Shown: piece after piece, positions 1 to 13,125 of the stretch
Layout: each line of letters begins with the position of its first letter
How positions within the stretch are numbered: position 1 is the first letter of the stretch
Source of the DNA: Stegostoma tigrinum
Taxonomy: Eukaryota
Assembly: GCF_030684315.1 (NCBI RefSeq)
Contig: NC_081379.1
Span: forward strand, 42,406,381-42,470,380
Length of the DNA stretch: 64,000 bases
Direction of reading: 5' to 3'
Notes under the pieces: generated by a model
Database searches by the model: none
What the model saw: the letters and a program-made list of their open reading frames with translations, nothing else
Told to the model about the DNA's origin: nothing
Made by a program: the position numbers and the translations under genes

Positions 1-1719
1 TCCTCCCTTCATCATATTCCTATTCTGAACAGTGTTTTGTGTAGTTTAATTCCCAATTTCCATGGGTGTCTCCTAATTTCGTGCTGTAACTTCAGCTCCA
101 AGGTGGAATGCTCCAACAAATGGTACAAGTGGATAATTATGTTTGCGTAATTAAAACAAAAAGAACTGGGATGCTGTAAATCAGGAAGAAAAACAAAGTT
201 GCTGGAAAAGCTCAGCAGGTCTGGCAGCATCTGTGGAGGAGAAAAACAGAGTTAACGTTTCAGGTCTGGTGACCCTTCCCTCAGAACTGATGGTGGCTGG
301 GAAAACGTCAGTTTATATGAAGAAAATAGGGAGGTGAGTGGGGTAGGGAGTAAATGATAGGATAGAGCCCAAGGAGAGAGAAAGATAGTTGTACAGACAA
401 AGGAGTTGCTAACGATCAGGCTGGGAGGGTGAATAGTTGTTAATGGGGACTGTTAGTGACTAACAACAGGGGGTGTGTAGTGGCAGGCTATGTGGTAACA
501 AGGCCTCATGTGTGGGGCAGGGGGCTGGGACATGGGAGAGTTTAGGCCCTAAAATTATTGAAATTGTCCTCCCCACCTACCACCACCCTCCTCTGCTTGG
601 CTGAGCTTGTCCTCAACCTTCAACAACTTCTCTTTCAACTCCTGTCATTTTCTTCAGGTAAGAGAGGTTGCCATGAGTACCCACATGGTCCCTAGTTATA
701 CCTGTCTCGTTGTGGGGTACATGGAACATTCCTTGTTCCAGTCCCCACCTGCAACTCTTTCTTCAATTCATCGATGATATCATCGGTGCTGCTTCTCTCT
801 CCTGTCTGTAATTGGAAACCTTCATCAATTTTGCCTCCAATGTCCACCCTGCCATCACTTTCACCTGGTCTGTATCTGACTCTTCCCTTCCTTTCCTCAA
901 CATTTGTGTTTCCGCTTCTGGGGATAGACTGGCCGCTAATATCCATTACAAACCCACAACTCCCACAGCTACCTGGACTATACATCCTCATACCCCGCTT
1001 CCTGTAAAGACTCCATCCCATTCTCTCAGTTCCTCCGTCTCCATTGCATATGTTCAGATGAGGCCAACTTGGACAAGGGAGCCTCCGAAATGTCCGCATT
1101 CTTACTCAACCGAGGATTCCCCAGCTCCGTTGTCGACAGGGCTCTTAATTAGGTCCGACCCATCTCCTGCACCTCTGCCCTCACCCCTTCACTTTCCTCC
1201 TGCAACAGCAATAGGGTTCCCCTTATCCTCACCTACCATCCCACCAGCATCTACATCCAGAAGATCATCAGACGCCATTTCCACCACCTCCAGCAAGATG
1301 CCACCAGACGCATATTTGCTGCTCACAATGTGGTCTCCTCTACATTGGAGAAACAAAGCGTAGACTTGGCGATGTCTTCGCAGAACATCTACGTTCTGCT
1401 GGCAAAAAAGACCCTGAACTACCTGTTGCCTGCCACTTCAATGCACCACCCTGCTCTCTGGCCAACATCTCTGTCTCTGGCTTGCTGCAGTTTTCCAGTG
1501 AAACCCAACGCAAGCTGGAGGAACAACGTCTCATTTTCCACTTGGGGAACCTACAGCCGTCCAGACTCAATTTTGAGTTCAATAATTTTAGGGCCTAAAC
1601 TCTCCAATGTCCCAGCTCCCCACCCGACACTCCAGGCCTTATTACCACACAGCCTGCCACTACACACCCTCTGTTGTTAGTCACTAACAGTCCCCACTAA
1701 CAACTATTCACCCTCCCAG

Positions 1720-1916
1720 GGATAGTAGGAACTGCAGATGCTAGAGAAGCTGAGATAACAAGGAGTAGAGCTGGATGAACACAGCAGGCCAAGCAGCATC
1801 AGAGGAGCAAGAAGGCTGACGATTCGGTCCTGAACCCTTCATGTCAGCCTTCCTGCTCCTCCGATGCTGCTTTGCCTGCTGCGTTCATCCAGCTCTACAC
1901 CTTGTCATCTCAGATA
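1720..1916. mobile_element. Short palindromic Penelope pLTR insertion
   Basis: About 70-bp inverted arms (~1750-1820 / ~1843-1913); 11-bp TSD caccctcccag at 1709-1719 and 1917-1927. Confidence 0.8.
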
Positions 1917-2059
1917 CACCCTCCCAGCCTGATTGTTAGCAACTCCTTTGTCTGTTCAATCGTCTTTCTCACTCTTTGGGCTCTATCCTATCGCTTACTC
2001 CCTATTCCACCCACATCCGTATTTTCTGCATATCAACTGACATTTTCCCAGGCACCATC

Positions 2060-2097
2060 AGTTCTGAGGAAGGGTCACTGGACCCGAAACGTTAACT
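2060..2097 (+). ncRNA. Minimal type I hammerhead ribozyme motif in Penelope pLTR
   Basis: AGTT-CTGAGGA-A-GGGTC-ACTG-GACCC-GAAA-CG-TT-AACT: intact CUGANGA/GAAA core, 5-bp stem II, 4-bp stem I, palindromic ACGT stem III. Confidence 0.7.
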
Positions 2098-2324
2098 CTG
2101 TTTTCTCCTCCACAGATGCTGCCAGACTTGCTGAGTTTTTCCAGCAACTTTGTTTTTCTTCCTACTTCTGTTTGTTATGTAGTTTCCCTGGATATTCTGC
2201 TGATCCATGTTACATTGGGACAAAGTGTAGAACTCTGCATGTTCAGGCTGAGAAATGTCTTTTAAAATGCCCACAAACCACATTCACTTAATTTCCTTTA
2301 GATGCATGGTCTAGAGCACTCAAC

Positions 2325-2612
2325 CAGTGCCAGTCGCCACAGCCTCACAGTGCCAGGGGCCTGGGTTCAATTCCTGCCTCAGGCAACTGTCTGTGTGGAG
2401 TTTGCACATTCTCCCCGTGTCTCTGTGGGTTTCCTCCGGGTGCTCCCACAGTCCAAAGATGTGCTGACTAGGTGGAATGGCCATGCTAAATTGCCCGTAG
2501 TGTTCAGGGGTGTATGGGTTATAAGGGGTTGGGTCTGGGTGGGATGCTTCAAGGGGCGGTGTGGACTTGTTGGGCTGAAGGGCCTGATTCCACATTGTAG
2601 GGAATCTAATCT
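2325..2612 (+). mobile_element. tRNA-derived V-SINE (HE1-like)
   Basis: B-box ggttcaattcc, V-domain tgtgtggagtttgcacattctccccgtgtct...gggtttcctccgggtgctc, and a CR1-like 3' tail. Confidence 0.8.
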
Positions 2613-2889
2613 AATCAAACCTTTTATCCCTAGTCATTGTGTTCCATCCATAAATGTTTTTGCAAAATCAAAATATTGTGAATGATGGAAATCTAAAAGA
2701 AAAGTAGGAAGTGCTGGAGGTACTCAGCAGTTCTGGCAACATCTAGGGTGAGAGAAGTACTGTTAATATTTTGAATCCAATATGACTCTTCTCAGAAGTC
2801 ATTCCAGACTAAAGTGTTAATTCCTCTTTCTCTCTCCGTAATATATTTTGTTGACTAAGATCTGCAAAATAGGACAAAACTATGGAATA

Positions 2890-5590
2890 GAGATAGTAGG
2901 AACTGCAGGTGCTGGAGAATCTGAGATAATAAGGTGTAGAGCTGGATGAGCACAGCAGGCCAAGCAGCATCAGAGGAGCAGGAAAGCTGATGTTTCAGGC
3001 CTAGACCCTTCTTCAGAAATGGGGGAGTGGAAAGGTGTTCCGAAATAAATAGGGAGAGAGGGGAAGATGGATAGAAGATGGATGGAGGAGACAGACAGGT
3101 CAAAGAGGTGGGGATGGAGTCAGTAAAGGTGAGTGTAGGTGGGGAGTTTGGGACGAGATAGGTCAGTCTAGGGAGGATGGATAAGTCAAGGGGACGGGGT
3201 GAGGTTAGTAGGTAGGAGATGGTGGTGGGACTTGATGTGGGAGGAGAGGATAGGTGGGAGGAAGGACAGGTTAGGGAGGCGGGGACGAGCTGGGCTGGAT
3301 TTGGGTAGCGTTAGGGGGAGGGGAGATTTTGAAGCTGGTGAAATCCACATTGACACCATTGGGCTGCAGGGTTCCTGAGCAGAATATGAGTTGCTGTTCC
3401 TGCTACCTATGGGTGGCATCATTATGGTACTGCAGAAGGCCCAGGATGGACATGTTGTCTGAGGAATGAGTGGGGGCTTTGAAATGGTTCACAACTGGGA
3501 GATGCAGTTGTTTAGTGTGAACTGAGCATAGGTGTTCTGCAAAACGGTCCCCAAGACTCCGTTTGGTTTCCCGGATGTACAGGAGGCCACAATGGGAACA
3601 GCAGATACAGTATACCACATTGGCAGATGTGCAGGTGAACATCTGCTTGATGTGGATAGTCTTTTTGGGGCCTGGGATGGGGGTGAGGGGTGAAGTTTAG
3701 GTGTAGGTGTAGCTGTTCCTGCAGTTGCAGGGAAAAGTGTCGGGGTTTGTGGGGCTGGAGGGGAGTGTGGAGCGGACAAGGGAGTCACGGAGAGAGTGGT
3801 CCCTCTGGAAAGCAGGTAAGCGTGGGGAGGGAAAAATGTCTTTGGTGGTGGGGTCGGATTGTAGATGGCGGAAGTGTCAGAGGATGATGCATTGGATCCG
3901 GAAGTTGGTGGGGTGGTACGTGAGGATGAGGGGAATTCTGTTTTGGTTGTTATTGCGGGGACGGGGTGTGACGGATGAGTTGCAGGAAATGCGGAAGACA
4001 CGGTTGAGGGCGTTCTCGACCACTGAGCGGGGCGGTGATGTTGCGGTACTTGGAAAACAAGGACATCTGGGATGTGCAGGAGTGGAATGCCTCATCCTGG
4101 GAGAAGATGCGGCAGAGATGAAGGAATTGGGAATAGGGGATTGCATATTTTCAGGAAGGTGGGTGGGAGGAGGTATATTCTAGGTAGCTGTGAGGGTGGG
4201 TGAGCTTGAAATGGATGTCAGTTTCTAGGTGGTTGACAGCGATGGAAACAGAGAAGTCCAGGAAGGAGAGAGGTATCAGACATGGTCCAGGTGAACTTAA
4301 GGTTGTGGTGGAAGGTGTTGGTGAAGTGGAAGAACTGTTGGAGCTCCTCGTGGAAGCACGAGGCAGTGCCGATACAGTCATCAATGTAACGGAGGAAGAG
4401 GTGGGGTTTAGGGCCAGTGTAGCTACAGAAGAGGGATTGTTCCACATAACCTACAATGAGGCAGGCATAGCTTGGGCCCACGCGGGCACCTGTGGCCACC
4501 CCCTTTGTCTGTAGGAAGTGGGAGGAATTGAAAGAGAGGTTGTCGAGTATGAGGATGAGTTCAGATAAGCGGATGAGGGTGTCAGTGGAGGGGGACTGGT
4601 CGGGCCTGTGGGACAGGAAGAAGCGGAGGGCCTTTAGGTCATCTGCATGGGGAATGTGGGTGTATAGGGGCTGGACGTCCATGGTGAAAATGAGGTGTTG
4701 GGGACCAGGGAATTAGAAGTTGTGGAGGAGATGGAGGGTGTGGGTGGAGTCATGGACGTAGGTAGGCAGTTCCCGGACCAAGGGGGACAAAATAGAGTCG
4801 AGATAGGAGGAGATGAGTTCGGTGGGGCAGAAGCAGGTGGAGACAATGGGTCGGGTGGTGAGCGGCTTGAGGGGCACTTGCCGGAGGTATTGTTCCCATG
4901 TACATTGTGGGCCGAAGGGTCTGTACTGTGCTGTACTGTTCTATGTTCTATGACCAGGGCAGTCAGGTTTGTGGATTTTGGGAAGGAGATAGAAGCGGGT
5001 GGCGTGGGGTTGGGGAACGATGAGGTTGGAGGCCGTGGTTGGGAAGTTACCTGAGGTTGTGGATGGTTTGGTAGATGTTGGTTTGGTGATCGGGGGTGGG
5101 GTCATGATCCAGGGGATGGTAGGAGGTGGTGTTGGAAAGTTGGCGCCTGGCCTCGGCGATGTAGAGATCAGTGCGCCATACTACAACTCCACCTCCCTTG
5201 TCCGCAAGCTTTAAGGTGAGGTTGGTTTGGGAGCAGAGGGCTGCGCGATCTGCGGGGGAGAGGATGGAGTGGGTGAGAGGTGTGGAGAGGTTGAGGCGGT
5301 TGATGTCATTGATGGCAGTTGTAGATGAAGAGTTCGAGGGAGGGTAGGAGGCCTTGGGGTGGTGTCCAGGAGGAAGGTATGCGTTGGAGGTGGGAGAAGG
5401 GGTCAGTAGTGGTAGGGTTAGGCTCACGGTTAAAGAAGTGAGTGTGGAGGTGGAGGCGGCGGAAAAACTGTTCAGCGTCCAAGCGTGAGCGGTACTCGTT
5501 GATGTGTGGGTGGAGGGGGAACAAAGGTGAGCCCTTTACTGAGGACTGACCATTCATCATCAGTAAGGGGATGTCTGGGGGGCTGGTGAA
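2890..5590 (-). mobile_element. Penelope-like retroelement, near-complete decayed ORF (RT + GIY-YIG endonuclease) with 3' pLTR
   Basis: Minus-strand ORF pieces MDVQPLYTHIPH, GVATGARVGPSYACL and FLRYIDDCI (RT), plus NVVYCICCSHCGLLYIRETKRSLGDRFAEHL (GIY-YIG). Frameshifted. A ~100-bp CR1 3'-end fragment is inserted at ~4850-4950. Confidence 0.9.
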
Positions 5591-6617
5591 GAATCGGCAG
5601 GGCTGGCTTGCAATCTGTGCTCAAGCCTATGTCATACAGATTGTTACCTGTGCAAGCACGGATAGTAAATTTCTTATTTTCATTTCTAATTAAATAACTT
5701 TCTGAAAACATGGGGAGAAATGATGGGATAATGTATTAATATTTTGCCACCTACTGCCCAGGACACAGCATTACACAGTTTCAGGAGCCTGATTACATGA
5801 GTTTTGCCTCTGTCATTATGAATATGAAGTAAAATAGCCATAGACCCAAAGGACATGAGATTGCTCTCTCAGAGATGACTGCTGGCGGTTTAACCTGAGG
5901 GCCGTCATGCCTCAGGTGAAGGGACCGTCCTTCATGGTAACCTCAGCTGGCACAGGAATTGAATCTAAGATGTTAGTATCGCTCCACACCAGACACCAGC
6001 TGTCCAGCTGACTGATCTACCAATTCTACTAGTCCGTGAGCAATAGATATTAAAACAAATATAACAACTTGATTAAAGATAACAAGGTGTGGAGCTGGAT
6101 GAACACAGCAGGCCAAGCAGCATCAGACGAGCAAGAAAGCTGACGTTTCGGGTCTAGTCAATTTGATTTCTTGCTTTTATAGTCTAAGCCCTTTGCAAAC
6201 TTCTTGACAGCCCATCAGTGCCTCTTTTAAATAATCCAGCTTCAGGAGCTTCTATGCAAACACAGAGTCCATATTTAAAGCAATGAGCAGTAATGATGAT
6301 AGGGCAGAGGAGCATTTCTTCCAGAGTGGGAATCAAACTGTAGAAGTAAGCGTGGAGGCGGAGGCAGCGGAGAAACTGTTCAACGTCCAAGCGTGAGCAG
6401 TGTTCATTGATGTTTGGGTGGAGACAGACAAAGGTGAGCCCTTAATTGTAAAATTTTGTAATGTTAATTTAGAAAAAGTAGCAAAGACCTGAAATTGTTG
6501 ACTTTGAAAGAAAATGTTGTGAGCCTGGTTCTTCCTGATGTATATTATTGACCTAAACCTGGGTGTATGGGACACAATTTCAAAATGTGAATGATAAAAA
6601 ATGTAGAATTATTGCGA

Positions 6618-6846
6618 GATAATAAAATGTGAGGCTGGATGAACATAGAAGGCCAAGCAGCATCTCAGGAGCACAAAAGCTGACGTTTCGGGCCTAGACC
6701 CTTCATCAGAGAGGCTCTCTGATGAAGGGTCTAGGCCCGAAACGTCAGCTTTTGTGCTCCTGAGATGCTGCTTGGCCTGCTGTGTTCATCCAGCCTCACA
6801 TTTTATTATCTTGGAATTCTCCAGCATCTGCAGTTCCCATTATCTC
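6618..6846. mobile_element. Young palindromic Penelope pLTR insertion with 14-bp TSD
   Basis: 97-bp inverted arms 6617-6713 / 6715-6811 with 2 mismatches and a 1-nt spacer; TSD tagaattattgcga at 6604-6617 and 6847-6860. Confidence 0.9.
6719..6746 (+). ncRNA. Minimal hammerhead ribozyme core (mirror copy on - strand at 6682-6709)
   Basis: CTGATGA-A-GGGTCTAGGCCC-GAAA-CGTC with a GUC cleavage triplet; stem I is only ~2 bp in this context. Confidence 0.6.
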
Positions 6847-7119
6847 TAGAATTATTGCGAAATGTGCGAAGGTTAGCGCAGAACTATTAAAGGACCAACT
6901 GACAAGCTGCTTGGATGGTAGGAAAACGGCAGGAAAAATTCAATGCAAACTGTTTATGACTTATGCTAACTTAGATGAAGCGACTGAATGTATCATAGAT
7001 AATGGGAACTGCAGATGCTGGAGAATCTGAGATAACAAAGCGTGGAGCTGGATGAACATGGCAGGCCAAGCAGCATCATAGGAGCACAAAAGCTGACGTT
7101 TCGGGCCTAGACCCTTCCA

Positions 7120-7990
7120 ACTTTGCAGATGATTTAAGAATGAAAGCAAGCTGTAAAGACGTTATAAAGACACTGCAGAGTGATGTAGACAGATTAAATA
7201 AGTGGACAAAAAGATTGGTGGGTGGAATTAACATGAGAAACAATGAGCTTATCTACTTGGTAGGGGAAATAGAAAATGAAAATATTATTTTAATGGAGCA
7301 AGACAGCAGAATGCTGCAGAGTAGGGGGATTTGTGTGTCCTTGTGCATAAATCACAAAATGTTAGCATGCAAGTATTATGGAGGCAAAAGGAATGTTAGC
7401 TTTCGTTGCTGAAGAGATGAAATATAAAAATAAGACCATCTTTCTACATCTGAACAGGATATTGGTGAGGATTGTTAAAAGTTCTTACTGTCTTTCTTAG
7501 AGGGGGATGTACCTGCTTTAAATGCGGTGCGGAGAAGGTTCACTCAGGTGAATCTTGAGATGAAGGTGTTATCTTGTGAGTAAAGGTTTGAGCAGCATGG
7601 GACTATCCACATTTGAGTTCTGCAAAATGAGACGTCATTGAAACTTATAAGATTCTGAAGCACTGCGACAGGATAAATGCTGAGTGGATGCTTTCTCCTT
7701 GTAGGGTCATCCAAAACTAATGGCACGGTTTAAATGATAGTTGCGGAATATCTAATTTAAGAAAGGGGCAAAGTCTTCTTTCAGAGAGTTGTTAGTCTGT
7801 GGAATTCTCTTCCCCAGCTAGCAGTGGTGACTGGGCCATTGAATATATTCAAATTGAGTTGGACAGACTTTTGATTGATCGGAATGTCAAGGATTATTGG
7901 GGGAGCAAGCAAGCAAATGGCATTGAGACAACCGTCAGATTATCCCTGATCTTATTGAATGATGGAACAAATAGCTTACTCGTACTGCTA
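7120..7990 (+). mobile_element. CR1-group LINE 3' fragment (decayed)
   Basis: ORF2 C-terminal remnants (LQSDVDRLNKW, gttagtctgtggaattctct) and CR1 3' UTR. Confidence 0.75.
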
Positions 7991-9479
7991 TTTCTTATAA
8001 TCATATGATCATAAAAGTGAAATGATTCATATTCATAGAAAGAGCATGGAGAAACAATATAAGACAAAATCCACAAATCTAAAGACAATGCAGGAGAAGA
8101 GGAACATGGATGCATATGTCCATACATTGACTAAGATGGCAGGACAGGCTGACACAACACAGTGTGGAGCGAGAGGAACACGTCAAGGCCAGGCAGGATC
8201 AGCGGAGCAGGAAAGTTGACCTTTTGAGTCGGGATCAATCTCCAGGCTGAGAGCCTGGTTATTAAAGCATACTGTAACCTTTGCTTTATTAATCGGGTCA
8301 TAGAGTACAACAGCGATAGGTTATGTTAAACTTGAGTAGAAGCTTGTTTCAGTTTTGTATTTTAGGAAAGATCTGAAGGCATTAAGAAAACAGAGAGGAT
8401 CCATGGGAATAATTTCAAGGATGAGAAACATCAGATATGTGGGTAGATTGAAGACATTAGGAATGTGTTCCATGGAGAGAAGGCTGAGAAGAGATTTGGT
8501 GGAAGTAATGTAGACACTCATGTAAAAGTTGAGTTTTAGAGACAAAATCTTTCAGCAAAATTTAATGAATTGACTTATGCCCAAGTGACACTGACAAGGT
8601 GTTGAAATTACTCTGTGACAGGGGCACACATGCCCTGATTGTCACCATTTGGAGCGGCCTCTGTCACTTCCAGAGATCCTGTCTCGCTCACTGATTCCTT
8701 ACAGCCTCTATTGCTCACAACTTCCCTGCCTGTGTCACTTACTCACTCCTCCTTTTGCTTGCAGTCCCCCTCTCGGTGCCTGTCTCCTGCAAGGAGTTCT
8801 GAAGAAGGGTCACTGGATCTGAAGTATTAACTCTGATTTCTCTCCACAGATGCTCCCAGCCCTGCTGAGTTTCACCAGCAATTTCTGTTTCTGATTCTGC
8901 GTTCTGTCTCTGATTAATTCATATTCTGCTTTTCTATTCTTCTTGCTAAAGTCAATCGTCTCATATTTTTGCACGCTATGCGCCGCCTTCCGAATCTTTT
9001 CTGGCTCACATAACCTGTCCGCATTTGCTTGCAGAATTGTTGACTCCATCTCACACCTTGCTTTTCTGTGCACCTTTTTGTTCTGAGAAAATTTACCAAT
9101 ACTACACACAACCCCCTGAACCAAGTCACCAATGTAGATCGGAAATATCTGAGAATTGATATCAGTGATCTTGTCATCTTGAAAATTACTCATTCACCCT
9201 GACTCTCCATTCCCAGTTAATTAGCCAAGCCTCTATGTTACTCTTAATGTCATCAGCTCTTATACAATGTAGTAAACTGTTACATGGCACTTTATTGAAT
9301 GCACTTTGGAAATTGATACATGTTACAACTACTGTTTTATCTTTGTCCACTGGCTTGTTAAATCCTCAGAGAACTTTAATACACTGATAGTACCCCTTGT
9401 TGCTACAGATACTGGGCTTTGATAGGTTTCCTTGTTCATCTTGTTGACTTTCAACATTGAGTCTTGTGGTTTCAGACAC

Positions 9480-9980
9480 TAGATACATAGGAAGGATGTT
9501 ACTAAACTGGAAAGGGAGCGGAAACAATTTACGAGGATGTCCCTGAGACTGGAAGGTGTGAGTTACAAAGAGAGGCTGGACAGGCTGGGAATTACTTCCT
9601 TGTAGGGAGCTGAGGGATGTCCTTGTAGAGGTTTATAAAGTCATGAGGGGTATAGAAAAGGTGAATAGCAAAGGTCTTTTCCCCGGGATAGGGGAGTCAA
9701 AAACTAGACAACACAGGTTTAAGGTGAGAAGGGAAAGATTTAAAAGGGACTTGAGGGTCATCTTCTTGACACAAAGGATGGAGTGTGTATTGAATGAGCT
9801 GCCAGAGGAAGTGATAGAGAATTATAACACTTAAAAAGCAGTTGGACAGGTACATGGATAGAAAAGGTTTAGAGGGATATGGGCCAAATACGAGCAAGTG
9901 GGCCCAGTTCAGTTTAGGAAACCTCTTCAGAATGGACAAGTAGGGCCGAAGGGCCATTTTTAAGTGGCGTATGACTCTAT
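9480..9980 (+). mobile_element. CR1-group LINE 3' fragment
   Basis: MRGIEKVNSKGLFPGIGESKTRQHRFKVRRERFKRDLR, a typical CR1 ORF2 end. Confidence 0.8.
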
Positions 9981-11246
9981 TTGTCATAAAAGAGTAATGT
10001 TGGCACTGTTTGATTGCATAACAAATTTTCTTAATGTTCTGCAATTCTTGATCAATGACGGCTTTTTCATTTTCATTTCCCACTGCTGGATGAAAAGTGA
10101 ATTCACCTGAAGTTTCCTTTCATTATATTGATAAATTGGAGGAGCTATTTTTCTGTATTGCAAAGGGACTATTAAGAGGAAATTTGGCAGAAGTATTCAA
10201 AGCCATGAGAGACGTTGACAAGAGTTGGTAATGATCAGTCCATATATGTATCTTTAATGTTGTACTTTTGCAATAGAGAGACATGGGAACTTTAGGATTA
10301 TGTGTGAGTAAAACATTACATGTAAAAGAAATTGGCTGACAATTGGGACATTTGATAGATTACATTGGGAGCATACGTTTGTATATGCTTTCCTTTCCAT
10401 GACACTCTGCACATTTAGTATAACTGATATTCCACTTAAACACATGAAACCAAATTGTTCAGTGAATGTAAACAGGGACAGTATTTGAACTGGAGTTAAT
10501 TCTCAATTTAAAAACAAGATTTAACTTCAATGCTAGTGAGTTTTGAGAAGAACTTCAATGCTGTTGTGGCACACTGGTAAAAGAAGAAGGGTCTCGGCCT
10601 GAAATGCCAGCTTTCCTGCTCCTCTGATGCTGCTTGGCCCGCTGTGTTCATCCAGCTCTACACTTTGTTATCTCTGCACCATTGATGTGTTCAATTAGAA
10701 TTTCCTGAGAATTCTTCCAGGGAATGGGCTGAAGATCCAATTGAAGCTTTTCATCTGGGCTTTCTACACATCTTTCCTGTGGCAATTCTCCCCTATTATC
10801 TATGGACAGATGGTGGAAAAGCAAATTGGGCAGGATGTTCATTTTCACCTGTGTAGTCATGCTGCCGTGGACCAATTTCACATTTCGAAAGCAAAATACT
10901 GTGACTGTCGTAAATCTAAAAGATAAACAGAAGCTGCACTAAATAGTCAGTAGCTGGGGCAATGTCTTTTTGGGGAGGGATTTGTTGGTCCTGACTCTGT
11001 TTCAGAAAGCAGTAAAGAGGAAACAGATCCAGCTTCCTATAGGGTGTTGTATAAAAGGGAAAAATATCAATGTCACGAAATGTTCTTCAAATTTGTTAAT
11101 ATGGCATTTTTAAGAGTCACCAAAGTAAGATATTTTATGCCAGTCTACTCATTTAGTTAGTTAAAATCTGTTTAAATTTTAAAGCCACATTTATGTGACA
11201 TCATTTCTAACATTCCTTATACATCTGCCCTTTCCTTGTTTTGCAG

Positions 11247-11283
11247 TGAAATGTTTTCATTTGAAAGACCTACTGTGATGTGA
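11247..11283 (+). other. Candidate terminal exon of an unidentified upstream gene
   Basis: Branch-like ctaac (~11207), a long pyrimidine tract and gcag|. Short reading EMFSFERPTVM* (phase 2) or KCFHLKDLL* (phase 1), followed by ~500 nt of unique UTR-like sequence. Confidence 0.3.
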
Positions 11284-11834
11284 GCCAGTGCTCTTTGTTG
11301 GATGTGTTACAAGTGGAGGCAAAACTGACAAGTGGAGAGGGCTCACAGCAAAGAGTGTAGCTCCACCACATTGTGCTAAATCAACATGATTACAATTACA
11401 CATTACAGTTGGCGAGAAAAGAAAATATGACATTTTGCTGGCTGCACCGAACACCAGTAATGCCGATATACGTTTTACGTGTGTAGAATCACCTTGAAGA
11501 AGCTAGTGGTGAGTCACCATTTCTTGGAGATAAAAGTAGTAACAGAAGCAGCTTAATGGAAACTCCCCTCTGATATACAATACTGAACATTGCAATTTCA
11601 CTTTCATCATATCCTTTGATACGGGCATGAGAAAGGAAGCATGCGTGTTAGTATCCTGTGTAAGCAGTAAACCACTTTGCTTTATCAGCAAGCTGCACTT
11701 ATTGCACTAAGGATTGTTCTTTTACATCAGTGGAGATGTTGGTCAGATGTTTTCCACTCATGTTTTATGTATGGCTTGACTGCATAACTGTTAATGGACC
11801 AATTATTTTATTCGCCCTCAAAAATTAGAGAGAG

Positions 11835-12172
11835 GCAGCATGGTGGCTCAGTGGTTAGCACTGCTGCCTCACAGTGCCAGGGATCCGAGTTCGATTCCAC
11901 CCTTCGGTGACTGTCTGTGGAGTTTGCACGTTCTGCCCATGTCTGTGTGGGTTTCCTCTGGTAATCTGGTTTCCTCCTACAGTCCAAAGATATACATGTT
12001 AGGTGAATTGTCTGTCCCAAATTGCCATGTAGTGCCCAGGGGTGTGTAGGTTAGGTGGGTTAGCCATGGGAAGTGTGGGTTTATGGGGATAGGGTAGGAG
12101 TGGGTTGCTGTTTGGAGGGTTAGCATGGACTTGATGGGCGAAATGACTTGCTTCCACGCTATAGGGATTCTA
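11835..12172 (+). mobile_element. Full-length tRNA-derived V-SINE (HE1-like)
   Basis: A-box tggctcagtgg, B-box gagttcgattcc, V core tgtggagtttgcacgttct...gtgggtttcctc, CR1-like tail. Confidence 0.85.
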
Positions 12173-12189
12173 TTCCCTGAGCAAATGTA

Positions 12190-13125
12190 GTATGTCAAAG
12201 TTTGCGGATGATATTAAGATGAGTAGTACAGCAAGTGTGCAGCGGACACTGAAGTCTGCAGAGGGGTATAGATAGATTAAGTGATTGGGCAATGGTCTGG
12301 CAGATGGGGTACAATGTTGGTAAGAGTAACAGCAAATGGACTACTACTTAAATGATGAAAAATTGCAGCATGCTGCTGTGAAGAGGGACAGGGTATCCTT
12401 GTGCATGATTAACAAAAAGTTGGTTTGCAGGTGCAACAGGTAATTAAGAAGGCAAATGAATATTGTCCTTCATAGCTAGAGGAATGCAGTTTAAAAACAG
12501 GGAGTTGCTGTTTGAACATGTACAGGGTGCTGGTGAGGCTACACCTGGGGTGCTGCATACAGTTTTGGCCTCCTTACTTGAGAAAGGATGTACTGGCATG
12601 GGAAGGGGTGCAGAGGAAGTTCTTTAGGTTGATTCTGGAGTTGAGATGGTTGGCTTATGAGGGGAGATTGAGTGGACTGGGACTATACTCATTGGAATTT
12701 ACAAGAATATGGGGGTGCATGTCATAGAAACATATTAAATTATGAAAGGAATAGACAAGATAGAAGCAGGGAGATTGTTTCCACTGGTGGGTGAATCTAG
12801 AATTGCGGGGGGGGGGGGGGGCGCGGGTGCAAAGTTTCAAAATTAAAGGGAGCAGAGTTAGGACTGAGTTGGGGAGGAACTCCTTCACCCAAAGGGTTGT
12901 GAATCTGTGGAATTCCCTGCCCAGTGAAGCAGTTGAGGTTTCCTCACTGAATGTTTTTAAGTCAAAGATAGAATTTTGAACAGTAAAGGAATTAAGAGTC
13001 ATGGTGTGCTAGTGGGTAAGTGGAGCTGAGTCCACAAAAAGATTAGCCATGATTTTATTGAATGGTGGAGCAGGCTCGAGGGGCCAAATGGCCTACTGCT
13101 GCTGCTATGTCTTATGTTCTTATGC
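12190..13125 (+). mobile_element. CR1-group LINE 3' fragment
   Basis: YRVLVRLHLGCCIQFWPPYLRKD and FTQRVVNLWNSLP; ends in a (tcttatg)n-like tail. Confidence 0.85.

Larger units (their letters stand above)
165..2165 (+). mobile_element. Penelope-like element fragment with inverted pseudo-LTR arms
   Basis: Degenerate RT C-terminus (FINFASNVHPAITFTW) and GIY-YIG remnants at 570-1580. 165-565 is the reverse complement of 1580-2165, whose copy is interrupted at 1720-1916. Confidence 0.85.

Noticed and set aside
9697-10881. Minus-strand ORFs (GNENEKAVIDQELQ..., MKLVHGS...) as exons
   Set aside because: They run into CR1 or Penelope sequence, have no recognisable domain and no consistent splice partners.
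11835-11900. tRNA gene
   Set aside because: The A/B boxes are the head of a V-SINE followed by SINE body, not a standalone tRNA.
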